This document shows positions 37,465 to 46,965 of a stretch of DNA of 64,000 nt, in pieces. The position numbers and the translations under genes were made by a program. The first letter of the stretch is position 1, and every line of letters begins with the position of its first letter. The DNA is taken from assembly GCA_004555245.1 (NCBI GenBank), contig SFIS01000003.1, positions 11,306 through 75,305 on the forward strand. Reading direction: 5' to 3'. Source of the stretch: Bacteroidales bacterium (GTDB lineage Bacteria; Bacteroidota; Bacteroidia; Bacteroidales; Bacteroidaceae). The notes beneath the pieces are model-generated. The model was not told the DNA's origin. It was given only the letters and a program-made list of their open reading frames with translations, and did no database searches.

Positions 37465-39846
37465 TCAGCTGCATATCCTGTATGTCAGAGCAGCGAGCAG
37501 CCATGCCGTCATGGTGGTGTATGCGGCCGCGAAAAGTGCCCACCGCCACGACCCGGCTTCCTGCCTTATCGCCGCAATGGTGGCGATGCAGGGGAAATAG
37601 AGCAGCACGAAGACGAGGAAAGACATTGCCGTTGCTGTTGTCACGCCGTCGGCGGTCATCGCTTTTCGTATCTCCGAAGCGCCTTCCGTGCTTCCGTCTT
37701 CGTCAGCGTTTTCTTCAGCCTCCGCACCGTAGAGCACTGCCGTCGTTGATGCTACTATCTCTTTCGCCCCTACGCCGGAGAGGATGCTGACGTCAAGTTT
37801 CCAGCTGAAGCCGAGGGGTTTGAATACCGGTTCCACAGCTTTTCCGATGGCTCCGATGTAGCTTTGTTCCAGCTGCTCACTTTTCTCGAGGTGCGGGTTG
37901 TGCGGGTAGTAGCCCAGCGCCCATACTATGATGGACGCCACGAGAATGATGCCGCCCATCTTCTTCAGATACTCTCGTCCCTTCTCCCAAGTGTGCCGTG
38001 CTATGGCAGCCGCTGTCGGGAAGCGGTAGGGCGGCAGTTCCATCACGAAGGGTGTGTCGTCGCCCCTGACGAGGAAGCGTGCGAGGAGGCGGCTCGACAC
38101 CACCGCTACGGCGATGCCGAGCAGATAGAGCGAGAAGAGCACGACGGTCTGCTCCCGTGGTGTGAAGAATATCCCCGTTATCATGATATATATCGGCAGG
38201 CGTGCCGAGCATGACATAAAAGGCAGGATGAGCATCGTGATGAGGCGCGACCGCGGGCTTTCTATCGTCCTTGTGGCCATGACGGCGGGCACGTTGCATC
38301 CGAATCCCATGATGAGCGGAATGAACGACTTGCCGTGCAGCCCCATCTTGTGCATCAGGCGGTCCATGATGAATGCCGCGCGTGCCATATATCCCGAATC
38401 CTCCATATACGAGATGATGGCGTAGAGGATGAGAATCTGCGGAAGGAAGATGATTACCGACCCCACGCCGCCCAGTATGCCGTCGATTGCCAGGTCCTTC
38501 AGCGCCCCGTCGGGCATTGCCGCGGCAAGTGTCGAGGACAGTATGCCGACAAGCTTCTCTATCATCGTCATGGGATATTCGCCCGCAGTGAATGTGATGT
38601 TGAACATCATGAAGATGATGAAGAGGAAGATGGGGAAGCCGATATACCGGTGTGTGATGACATGGTCGATGAGATGCGTCACCTTGTAAGTGTCTTCCTT
38701 CGTCCCTATGCCGTATTCCGCCTCCTGCAGCGCGCCGTTGATGAAGCCGTATTTCGCGTCCATGATGGCAGTCTCGGGGTCGCATTTCAGTTCGCGTTCA
38801 ATGACGGCGGCGGCTTTCTCGCGTGTGGCTGCGATGTCCGCCGCCGACGGTAGGGTTTGTGCGAAAGCCGTGGCTGTGGCGTCGCCCTCAAGAAGTTTTA
38901 TGGCGAGGTAGCGCGGCGTGTAGCGGCGTCTCACGCGCTCTTCGGTGCGCAGTTTCACGCGCAGGGCGTCGATGCCTTGCTCTACGTATGTGCCGTGGTT
39001 AATGTGTATGTGCCCCTCCTTTATTTTCCCCTCGTAGATGGCGATGATGGTCCTGAAGAGGTCATCTACGCCGCGTCCCGTCTTGAAGACGGTGGGCACC
39101 ATGGGCACGGCGAGCAGTTTCCCCAGACGCACATGGTCGATGTTGTCCCCGCGCCGTTCTGTCTCGTCGAACATGTTGAGTGCGCACACCATGCGCAGGT
39201 GCATGTCGATGAGTTGTGTGGTGAGATACAGGTTGCGTTCAAGGTTCGAGGCGTCGAGTACGTTCAGCACGACGTCGGGCGTCTTCTCTATTATCTGTCT
39301 CCTGACATACATCTCTTCCGGGCTGTAGGCGGAGAGCGAGTATGTGCCGGGCAGATCGACGATGTGGAACTCATATCCCTCAAACTCTGCGATGCCCTCT
39401 TTCGCCTCTACGGTGACGCCCGAGTAGTTGCCCACCCGTTCGCGCGCCCCCGACACAAAGTTGAAGAGCGATGTCTTCCCGCAGTTCGGATTTCCCACAA
39501 GTGCCACGTTGATGTGGTGTCGCCGCTTCTGCACGGCGGCGGTCATTATCTCGTCGTCGTCCTTGCACGGGCATGAGAAGTCTGTCGCCGAATCCGCCAG
39601 GGCTCTCGACCGCAGCGCCTCCGCCATCGTCACCACCTGTATGTGGTCTGCCTCCTCGCGGCGCAGCGATATCTCGTAGCCCATGATGAGATATTTCACC
39701 GGGTCGCGAAGCGGCGCGTCCTCAAGTGCGGTAATCTCTTTCCCCTTCACAAACCCCATCTCCATGATGCGTTTGCGGAAGCCTCCGTGGCCGTACACCT
39801 TCACTATGACAGCCGTCTCGCCCGTATGCAGTTCTGATAGTCTCAT
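37465..39846 (-). CDS. feoB: Ferrous iron transporter FeoB with fused N-terminal FeoA domain
   Basis: MRLSEL...RKRIMEMGF (FeoA); GNPNCGKTS, DLPGTYSL, GFGCNVPA, FMSCSARLP, LYFPCIA. Confidence 0.95.
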   Translation of the reverse strand: MRLSELHTGETAVIVKVYGHGGFRKRIMEMGFVKGKEITALEDAPLRDPVKYLIMGYEISLRREEADHIQVVTMAEALRSRALADSATDFSCPCKDDDEIMTAAVQKRRHHINVALVGNPNCGKTSLFNFVSGARERVGNYSGVTVEAKEGIAEFEGYEFHIVDLPGTYSLSAYSPEEMYVRRQIIEKTPDVVLNVLDASNLERNLYLTTQLIDMHLRMVCALNMFDETERRGDNIDHVRLGKLLAVPMVPTVFKTGRGVDDLFRTIIAIYEGKIKEGHIHINHGTYVEQGIDALRVKLRTEERVRRRYTPRYLAIKLLEGDATATAFAQTLPSAADIAATREKAAAVIERELKCDPETAIMDAKYGFINGALQEAEYGIGTKEDTYKVTHLIDHVITHRYIGFPIFLFIIFMMFNITFTAGEYPMTMIEKLVGILSSTLAAAMPDGALKDLAIDGILGGVGSVIIFLPQILILYAIISYMEDSGYMARAAFIMDRLMHKMGLHGKSFIPLIMGFGCNVPAVMATRTIESPRSRLITMLILPFMSCSARLPIYIMITGIFFTPREQTVVLFSLYLLGIAVAVVSSRLLARFLVRGDDTPFVMELPPYRFPTAAAIARHTWEKGREYLKKMGGIILVASIIVWALGYYPHNPHLEKSEQLEQSYIGAIGKAVEPVFKPLGFSWKLDVSILSGVGAKEIVASTTAVLYGAEAEENADEDGSTEGASEIRKAMTADGVTTATAMSFLVFVLLYFPCIATIAAIRQEAGSWRWALFAAAYTTMTAWLLAALTYRICS

Positions 39847-40125
39847 TTCCGTTTCGTTTGTTTTACAATCCACAAAGTTACAAAAAACCTTCCGAGCGCA
39901 TATCCTGTTTATACATCTTTTAAACTCTTTTATCGCATTTGTGAATCTCGCCTTCTCTGTCTATATGTAAGGAAAACCGCCGAATGTAAGATAAAAAGCA
40001 GGAAAATACGATGTTTTTTCTTACAAAAGTTGCACAATTCAATAAAAAGTTATAACTTTGCAGCGTTTTTTCAGAAATGCCGCACATTCCGGCAGACAAT
40101 ACAAACCGTACATAACCATACGATA

Positions 40126-41163
40126 ATGAGCAGACTTATCAAACCTGCAGGCTACCGCCCGCTTCTCGACTGCGTGCAGACTGAGCAGGGCATCAAACTG
40201 ATAAAGGAGTTTTTCCAGCAGAACCTCAGCACCGAGCTGCGCCTCCGCCGCGTCACGGCACCCCTCTTCGTCCTGAAGGGTCTGGGCATCAACGACGACC
40301 TCAACGGCGTGGAGCGCGCCGTCACCTTCCCCATCAAAGAGCTCGGCGACGCCAAGGCGGAGGTGGTGCATTCCCTTGCTAAATGGAAGAGGATGAAACT
40401 CGCCGAGGACCATATCCCTCCCGGCTACGGCATCTACACCGACATGAACGCCATACGCGCCGACGAGGAACTCGACAACCTCCATTCGCTGTATGTCGAT
40501 CAGTGGGACTGGGAGGCTGTCATTACGCCCGGACAGCGCACGCAGAAAGCACTGCGCGAGACGGTGAGCCGCATCTACGGCGCCATACGCCGCACGGAGT
40601 ATCTCGCCTGCGAGTGGTATCCGCAGCTGAAGCCTTTCCTCCCTGAGACGATACATTTCGTACATGCCGAAGAACTGCTGCAGCAGTATCCCAGCCTCTC
40701 GCCGAAGGAGCGGGAAGACGAGGTGTGCAGGAAATACGGCGCGGTCTTCGTCATCGGCATAGGGTCGAAACTCTCCAACGGCGAGAAACACGATGGGCGC
40801 GCTCCCGACTATGACGACTGGAGCACGGTTGACGAGAACGGCTCCGTAGGGCTCAACGGCGACATACTGATATGGTACCCCGTTCTGCAACGCTCCATCG
40901 AGCTCTCGTCCATGGGCATCCGCGTTGACAGAGACGCCCTGCTCAGGCAACTCGACACAGAGGGCATGAACGACCGCCGCAGCCTCTACTTCCACCGCCA
41001 GCTGCTCGAAGGCAAACTGCCCCTCTCCATCGGCGGCGGAATAGGGCAGAGCCGCCTCTGCATGGTGATGCTCCACAAGGCGCACATCGGAGAGATACAG
41101 GCAAGCATCTGGCCTGACAGCATGAGGCAGGAGTGTCGAGAGGCAGGGATGCCGCTCATCTGA
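40126..41163 (+). CDS. asnA: Aspartate--ammonia ligase
   Basis: EVVHSLAKWKR, YVDQWDWE, HDGRAPDYDDW, SIGGGIGQSR. Confidence 0.96.
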   Translation: MSRLIKPAGYRPLLDCVQTEQGIKLIKEFFQQNLSTELRLRRVTAPLFVLKGLGINDDLNGVERAVTFPIKELGDAKAEVVHSLAKWKRMKLAEDHIPPGYGIYTDMNAIRADEELDNLHSLYVDQWDWEAVITPGQRTQKALRETVSRIYGAIRRTEYLACEWYPQLKPFLPETIHFVHAEELLQQYPSLSPKEREDEVCRKYGAVFVIGIGSKLSNGEKHDGRAPDYDDWSTVDENGSVGLNGDILIWYPVLQRSIELSSMGIRVDRDALLRQLDTEGMNDRRSLYFHRQLLEGKLPLSIGGGIGQSRLCMVMLHKAHIGEIQASIWPDSMRQECREAGMPLI

Positions 41164-41207
41164 CGTACACCCGGCAGACTTCGCTTTAGCATATCATCAT
41201 AACCCGT

Positions 41208-41265
41208 ACAGCTCCCTGTCGTCACGGAAACGCACCCCCGTGTTTCCCTGACGGCAGGGAGCTGT
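41208..41265 (+). terminator. Long hairpin terminator after asnA
   Basis: ACAGCTCCCTG...CAGGGAGCTGT followed by CTTTGTTTT. Confidence 0.75.
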
Positions 41266-41356
41266 CTTTGTTTTCCATACACCAGCCCCTTTCCCCACCT
41301 CCGGGAGCATACTCGTCACGCAGCTTTTGCTGTCGTTTTCGTGTTTCGACAGCAAC

Positions 41357-41451
41357 CATACGAACTTTTGACTGCTACCATACGAACTTTTGAAAGCAAT
41401 CATACGAACTTTTGACTGCTACCATACGAACTTTTGACTGCTATCATACGA
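41357..41451. repeat. 22-bp tandem array A (4 units plus a partial)
   Basis: CATACGAACTTTTGACTGCTAC-type units at 41357, 41379, 41401, 41423; partial at 41445. Confidence 0.92.
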
Positions 41452-41469
41452 TCACGACTTAATGTTTTC

Positions 41470-41530
41470 GAGACCACGAAAGGCTCATAATGAGACCACG
41501 AAAGGCTCATAATGAGACCACGAAAGGCTC
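41470..41530. repeat. 22-bp tandem array B (2 units plus a 17-bp partial)
   Basis: GAGACCACGAAAGGCTCATAAT at 41470, 41492, 41514. Confidence 0.92.
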
Positions 41531-41658
41531 TTGACGGTGCCACGGAAGACACCTGCCCGAACCGTTGCCGGCATATATAAGCACCGCCGACGGCACTTTT
41601 CGTCGTCACCGACAGTGTCATATCTGTGCCATGATTGGCGTTTCGCGTGTCCGCGAAT

Positions 41659-41731
41659 AAAAAAAGAAGAGGCAGCCCCTGTTGTCGTGAAAGCCTCGGA
41701 CGGCTTTTCTGCAACAACGGGAGCTGCCTCT
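41659..41731 (-). terminator. Terminator after uvrB
   Basis: AGAGGCAGC...GCTGCCTCT stem with an adjacent A-run (U-tract on the minus strand). Confidence 0.7.
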
Positions 41732-41784
41732 CTGTGTGCCGCCTTGTGTGATGCGGGGACGGCATGAATGCCCGCAGAAGGCTG

Positions 41785-43899
41785 CTATTCCTCCTCCATG
41801 TACGACGAGAGCATGAGCAGTTCGTCGCGGTATTGTGCCGCCTGTATGAAGTCGAGGTTCTTCGCCGCCTCGCGCATGAGCGCCGTGGTGTGTGCGATGC
41901 ACTTGCGCAGCTCCTCTTTCGACATCTTCCCATAGACGGGCAGGGCGGCGTCGGCTGCCATTCCTCCGCCTTCTTCCGGAAGAAGGTATCTTCTCTCCGA
42001 CGGCTCGACGTATATCTCTCGCCGCTTCGCCATATCTTCGTAGTGTGAGGCGCGTGATGTCGGGGCGGTGCCCTTGACGGCGTCGAACTCCTGCTTGCGC
42101 ATGGCGGCGAGGCCTCCGTCGGTGACGGCCTTGTGTATCTGGCGCGGAATGATGCCGTGCTCCTCGTTGTACGCCATCTGTTTCCGGCGGCGTCGCGCCG
42201 TCTCGTCGATGGTGGTCTGCATCGACCGAGTGACGGTGTCGGCGTACATGATTACCAGTCCGTTGACGTTGCGGGCGGCGCGCCCCGCCATCTGCGTCAT
42301 GCCGCGGGCGTTGCGCAGGAATCCCTCCTTGTCTGCGTCGAGGATGGCGACGAGCGAGACCTCGGGAAGGTCGAGACCCTCGCGCAGCAGGTTGACGCCG
42401 ACGAGGACGTCGTAGGTGCCGGCGCGCAGGTCGTTGAGAATCTTTATTCGGTCAAGCGTATCGACGTCGGAGTGTATGTAGGCTGTCGGAATGCCGTGGT
42501 TCAGCAGATATTCCGTCGTCTCCTCTGCCAGGCGTTTTGTCAGCGTGATGACAAGGGTGCGCTCGCGGCGTTCCTGGCGCACCACAATCTCGTTCAGCAG
42601 GTCGTCAATCTGGTTGTGTGTGGGACGCACGAGAATCTCGGGGTCGAGCAGTCCCGTAGGGCGTATGATCTGCTCTACGACGACGCCTTCAGCCTGTTCA
42701 AGCTCGTAGGGTGCGGGAGTGGCGGAGACGTAGATGACCTGCCGTGCGAGGGTCTCGAACTCCTCGAACTTCAGCGGACGGTTGTCGAAGGCGGCGGGCA
42801 GGCGGAAGCCGTACTCCACGAGGTTGCGCTTGCGCGAGCGGTCGTTGCCCCACATGGCGTGAAGCTGCGGCACGGAGGCGTGGCTCTCGTCGATGATGAC
42901 GAGGACGTCCTTGGGGAAGAAGTCGAAGAGGCAGTAGGGACGCTCGCCCGCCTGGCGCCCGTCGAAATAGCGCGAGTAGTTCTCGATGCCCGAGCAGTGG
43001 CCAAGTTCCTTTATCATCTCCATGTCGTTCTCCACACGTTCCTTGATGCGCTGTGCCCGCAGCGTGTCGCCCTTCTCCTCGTAGTATGCGATGCGCTCGC
43101 ACAGGTCGTCCTGTATCTGGCGCAGGGCGATGTCGGTCTGCTCTTTAGACGTGACGAAGATGTTGGCGGGAAAGACCTGGTACTCGTCGAAGGAGGCAAG
43201 GCGGCGGAGCGTGACGGCGTCGAGCTCTTCGATGCCCTCTATCGTGTCGCCCCACATTGTGACGCGCAGTATGCGCTCGCTGTATGCCATAGCGATGTCG
43301 ATGGTGTCGCCCTTCACACGGAAAGTGCCGCGCTCGAGAGCCATGTCGTTGCGGGTGTAGAGGGCATCGACAAGGCGCCGCAGCAGTACGTTGCGGTCGA
43401 TGTCGCTGTCGCGGCGCAGGGTGATGACCGAACCTTTCATCGCCGCCGGGCCGCCCATGCCGTAGATGCACGACACGGAAGCCACCACGACGATGTCGCG
43501 CCTGCCGGAGAGGAGCGACGAGACGGCGGAGAGGCGCAGGCGGTCGATGTCTTCGTTGATGGCAAGGTCCTTCTCTATGTATGTGTCGGAAGACGGCATG
43601 TAGGCCTCCGGCTGGTAGTAGTCGTAGTAGGATACGTAATACTCCACCGCATTGCGGGGGAAGAAGCCCTTCATCTCTTCGTAGAGCTGGGCGGCGAGCG
43701 TCTTGTTGTGCGACAGGATGAGGGTGGGGCGGTTGACGTTGGCTATGACATTGGCGACGGTGAATGTCTTGCCGGAACCCGTCACGCCCAGCAGCACCTG
43801 CGCACGGTCGCCCCTGAGCACACCCTCGCTCAGCTGCGCGATGGCATCCGGCTGGTCGCCCGTAGGCTCGTATCTTGATGTAAGGGAAAATTTGTCCAT
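41785..43899 (-). CDS. uvrB: Excinuclease ABC subunit B
   Basis: PTGDQPDAI, GVTGSGKT, YYDYYQPEAY, DESH, LREGLDLPEVSLVAILDADKEGFLR. Confidence 0.97.
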   Translation of the reverse strand: MDKFSLTSRYEPTGDQPDAIAQLSEGVLRGDRAQVLLGVTGSGKTFTVANVIANVNRPTLILSHNKTLAAQLYEEMKGFFPRNAVEYYVSYYDYYQPEAYMPSSDTYIEKDLAINEDIDRLRLSAVSSLLSGRRDIVVVASVSCIYGMGGPAAMKGSVITLRRDSDIDRNVLLRRLVDALYTRNDMALERGTFRVKGDTIDIAMAYSERILRVTMWGDTIEGIEELDAVTLRRLASFDEYQVFPANIFVTSKEQTDIALRQIQDDLCERIAYYEEKGDTLRAQRIKERVENDMEMIKELGHCSGIENYSRYFDGRQAGERPYCLFDFFPKDVLVIIDESHASVPQLHAMWGNDRSRKRNLVEYGFRLPAAFDNRPLKFEEFETLARQVIYVSATPAPYELEQAEGVVVEQIIRPTGLLDPEILVRPTHNQIDDLLNEIVVRQERRERTLVITLTKRLAEETTEYLLNHGIPTAYIHSDVDTLDRIKILNDLRAGTYDVLVGVNLLREGLDLPEVSLVAILDADKEGFLRNARGMTQMAGRAARNVNGLVIMYADTVTRSMQTTIDETARRRRKQMAYNEEHGIIPRQIHKAVTDGGLAAMRKQEFDAVKGTAPTSRASHYEDMAKRREIYVEPSERRYLLPEEGGGMAADAALPVYGKMSKEELRKCIAHTTALMREAAKNLDFIQAAQYRDELLMLSSYMEEE

Positions 43900-44125
43900 G
43901 TCTGTCGGCTTTCTGATGAATGATGTTATGCAAGCCGTGCAAAATTACACATTTTTTTTCAAATGTTTGTTATAAAATGTACCTGAATTACAAAAAAATA
44001 TGTAAGATGCTTTGACAGACGGAAAAAAATGAGTAATTTTGCAGGGAAAAATCAAATTTCGCACTCACGGCAGAACACCGCACGCTCTGCGGACAGACAA
44101 CGCCGGAATGCGGAAAAGGCAGAAA

Positions 44126-44956
44126 ATGAAGAATCTTACCGTTTGCATACTTGTCTCAATCCTGGCCGCCGGTTGTACTAACGAGTTCAACGCCGTATAT
44201 AAGTCAGATAACTACGAATACAAGTATGAATTTGCAAAACAATGCTTTGCAAGAGGAAAATACACCCAGTCCGCCGCATTGTTGGGAGAACTTGTGACAA
44301 TATACAAGGGCACCGATAATGCGGAGGAATCGCTGTATATGTATGCCATGTCACTGTACAGAAGCTCTGACTTCGAGGCGGCGAGCGACGCATTCCGGAA
44401 ATGCTGCACGTCATACCCGAAGGGCACCTACACCGAGAGCGCGTATTTCTACGTGGCGGAGAGCCTGTACGAGAGCTCGCCCGAGCCGCGCCTCGACCAG
44501 TCGCCCACGCTGGCTGCCATAAAGGCCTACCAGGACTTCCTCGATATTTTCCCCAGGTCAAAACGCAGGCAGGACGCACAGGCAAGGATGCTTGAACTGC
44601 AGGACAAGCTCGTCATGAAAGAATACTACAACGCAAAGCTATACTACAACCTCGGGACGTATTTCGGAAACTGCCTCAGCGGCGGATCAAACTATGAGGC
44701 GTGCATCATAACGGCGGAAAACGCACTGAAAGACTATCCCTATATGGACAAAAGGGAGGACTTCGCGCTCCTGATAATGAAAAGCAAATACTATCTCGCT
44801 GTACACAGCATAGAAAGCCGCAGACAGGAACGCTTCCAGAACGCCGAGGACGAATGCTACGGATTCATCAACGAATATCCTGATTCTAAAGAAAGGGACA
44901 CCGCCGAGAAATTCATCGCGGTATGCAAGAAATATACTGGCGGGACAAATGAATGA
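44126..44956 (+). CDS. bamD: Outer membrane protein assembly factor BamD
   Basis: Lipobox LAAGC, TPR-like helices, SPEPRLDQSPT; conserved synteny with rpoZ. Confidence 0.85.
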   Translation: MKNLTVCILVSILAAGCTNEFNAVYKSDNYEYKYEFAKQCFARGKYTQSAALLGELVTIYKGTDNAEESLYMYAMSLYRSSDFEAASDAFRKCCTSYPKGTYTESAYFYVAESLYESSPEPRLDQSPTLAAIKAYQDFLDIFPRSKRRQDAQARMLELQDKLVMKEYYNAKLYYNLGTYFGNCLSGGSNYEACIITAENALKDYPYMDKREDFALLIMKSKYYLAVHSIESRRQERFQNAEDECYGFINEYPDSKERDTAEKFIAVCKKYTGGTNE

Positions 44957-45049
44957 CACGCTGCAACAACGTGTAACACAAGAATATAAGAGGTGGGACT
45001 GCAAACTGCCACCGTCAAACAAAAATACAATAAACCACTGACATAAATT

Positions 45050-45385
45050 ATGGACTACAAGAAATCAAAAGCACCTGCAAACACTGTCACAAGAAACATC
45101 GTCGATCTCAGCAACGATACGGGAAACATATACGAATCGGTGGCTATCATCGCAAAACGCTCTAACCAGATAGCTGCGGAAATAAAGCAGGATCTGCAGA
45201 AGAAACTCGCCGAGTTCTCTTCATACAACGATACGCTCGAAGAGGTGTTCGAGAACAGAGAGCAGATTGAAATATCACGCTACTACGAGAAACTGCCTAA
45301 ACCGACACTCCTCGCCACCGAAGAGTTTGAACAGGGACAGATTTACTGGCGGGACCCCATGCGCGACGCTAAGGCCGCAGAATGA
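45050..45385 (+). CDS. rpoZ: RNA polymerase omega subunit (Bacteroidetes type)
   Basis: TGNIYESVAIIAKRSNQI...EVFENREQIEISRYYEKLPKPTL. Confidence 0.88.
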   Translation: MDYKKSKAPANTVTRNIVDLSNDTGNIYESVAIIAKRSNQIAAEIKQDLQKKLAEFSSYNDTLEEVFENREQIEISRYYEKLPKPTLLATEEFEQGQIYWRDPMRDAKAAE

Positions 45386-45452
45386 CATGACGGGAATGTG
45401 ACAAAGACAACATAACCACCTGCCTTGACATCACCAACAAACAAACAGAAGC

Positions 45453-45911
45453 ATGATACAGCGAATACAAACTATATACCTGCTGCTGGCCGCCATACTC
45501 TTGACAGTGTGTGCCTGCCTGCCCATCGGAACATTTGTGCCTACGGCTGTCGGCATACCGTCAGAGATGTACAACATCTCGATAATCAACGGAGAGACAG
45601 GGACATGGGACTTCTCAGGCTTCTCGCTCTTTATGCTGCTGGTCGCCGCTGCCGCTGTCACGGTGATGAATGTCTTCAACTATCATAACCGGAAAAAACA
45701 GAAAAACTATTGCAACATCGCCATTCTCGTAGCAGTGTTGTGGATAGCGGACTATTTCATCTCAGCCGAACTGCTATGCCCCGAAGGCATGGAGTTCAAA
45801 TACGGCTTCGCGGCTGCTCTGCCCTTCTTCGCCATCATCTTGATATGGCTCGCGAGAAAAGGCATCATTCACGACGAGAACCTGATAAAAGCCGCTGACA
45901 GAATAAGATGA
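45453..45911 (+). CDS. DUF4293 family membrane protein
   Basis: MIQRIQTIYLL...IIHDENLIKAADRIR. Confidence 0.85.
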   Translation: MIQRIQTIYLLLAAILLTVCACLPIGTFVPTAVGIPSEMYNISIINGETGTWDFSGFSLFMLLVAAAAVTVMNVFNYHNRKKQKNYCNIAILVAVLWIADYFISAELLCPEGMEFKYGFAAALPFFAIILIWLARKGIIHDENLIKAADRIR

Positions 45912-46005
45912 TCTGAACGTGTCACCTCAAACCCCTAACACGTTTCACTCGTCAACTCGTCAACTGAAATACCCGTCAACTAATAAAATTTTATCGAAAG
46001 TTAAT

Positions 46006-46806
46006 ATGCAAGTCAAGAAAGTCCTCTTCATCAATACTGAGACAGCACCATACGTGGCAGAAAACACTCTGTCTATCATGGGTAAACGAATACCTGAAAC
46101 CATACAGGGCAGCGGATGCGAGATAAGAACATTCATGCCGAAATGGGGCAACATCAACGAACGCAGAGGACAACTGCATGAGGTGATAAGACTGTCGGGA
46201 ATGAACATCATCATCAACGGTACCGACCACCCCCTCATCATCAAGGTCGCATCCATTCCAGTCTCGAGAGTGCAGGTCTATTTCATCGACAACGAGGACT
46301 TCTTCATACACAGAGGACTGGAACGAAACGCCGACGGACAACTATGCGACGACAACGGAGAAAGAGCCGTCTTCTTTGCAAGAGGCGTGCTCGAGACGGT
46401 CAAGAAACTGAGATGGACACCAGATGTCATTCACTGTGTCGGATGGATGGCGTCTGTCGTGCCTTTCTATATCAGAAAAGCGTATGCCGACGAACCGTGC
46501 TTCCAGAACGTTAAGATTGTCTCAAGCCTCTTCGACAAGGACATCAGCGGGACGATAGGAGAGAAATTCAAGAATAGCCTGATATTCAAGAATCTCAGCC
46601 TCGAGATGCTCGGAAAGTATAATGACGATTTCGACATGCACGAACTGCAGAAACTCGCTGTTGACTATTCTGACGGAATAATAGAAATTGCGGAGAACAA
46701 CGACGAGGCAATGGCTGCATATATACGCCAGGCAAACATACCGATGCTGCCTTTTCCCGGAGACGACTTCTCCGACAAATACAGGGAGTTCTACAGCTCT
46801 CTCTGA
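46006..46806 (+). CDS. Glycogen/starch synthase catalytic-domain-only protein (Glyco_transf_5)
   Basis: IRTFMPKWGNINERRGQLHEVIRLSGMN, QVYFIDNEDFF, LETVKKLRWTPDVIHC. Confidence 0.8.
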   Translation: MQVKKVLFINTETAPYVAENTLSIMGKRIPETIQGSGCEIRTFMPKWGNINERRGQLHEVIRLSGMNIIINGTDHPLIIKVASIPVSRVQVYFIDNEDFFIHRGLERNADGQLCDDNGERAVFFARGVLETVKKLRWTPDVIHCVGWMASVVPFYIRKAYADEPCFQNVKIVSSLFDKDISGTIGEKFKNSLIFKNLSLEMLGKYNDDFDMHELQKLAVDYSDGIIEIAENNDEAMAAYIRQANIPMLPFPGDDFSDKYREFYSSL

Positions 46807-46965
46807 AATCCCTGACATTATGCGCCCCACAGCCTCTTCAGTGGAGCGCATAATATATTATGGTGCGGGAAAACATGCACGCCAAACACGGATGAAGACG
46901 AATATGAACGCCATGCCAACCCTACGCAAGGTATGACGACACCTACAGACAAAAAATCATTATCG

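Noticed and set aside
41357..41530. CRISPR array
   Set aside because: Units are head-to-tail with no unique spacers, and there are no cas genes in the window
41400..41933. ORFs 41197-41403 and 41400-41933 with repeated KSSYGSSQKFV
   Set aside because: By-product of translating the 22-bp arrays; they cross terminators and overlap uvrB
42133..43878. Long antisense ORF (581 aa) and similar shadow ORFs (3144-4388, 8788-9708, 15437-16372, 18679-19689, 58954-59907, 62811-63761)
   Set aside because: They lie opposite well-supported genes with GC-rich third positions and show no recognisable motifs
37465..43899. Apparently higher GC in feoB-asnA-uvrB as a horizontally acquired island
   Set aside because: Impression only, not computed; the genes are core functions with native promoters and there are no mobility genes or att sites
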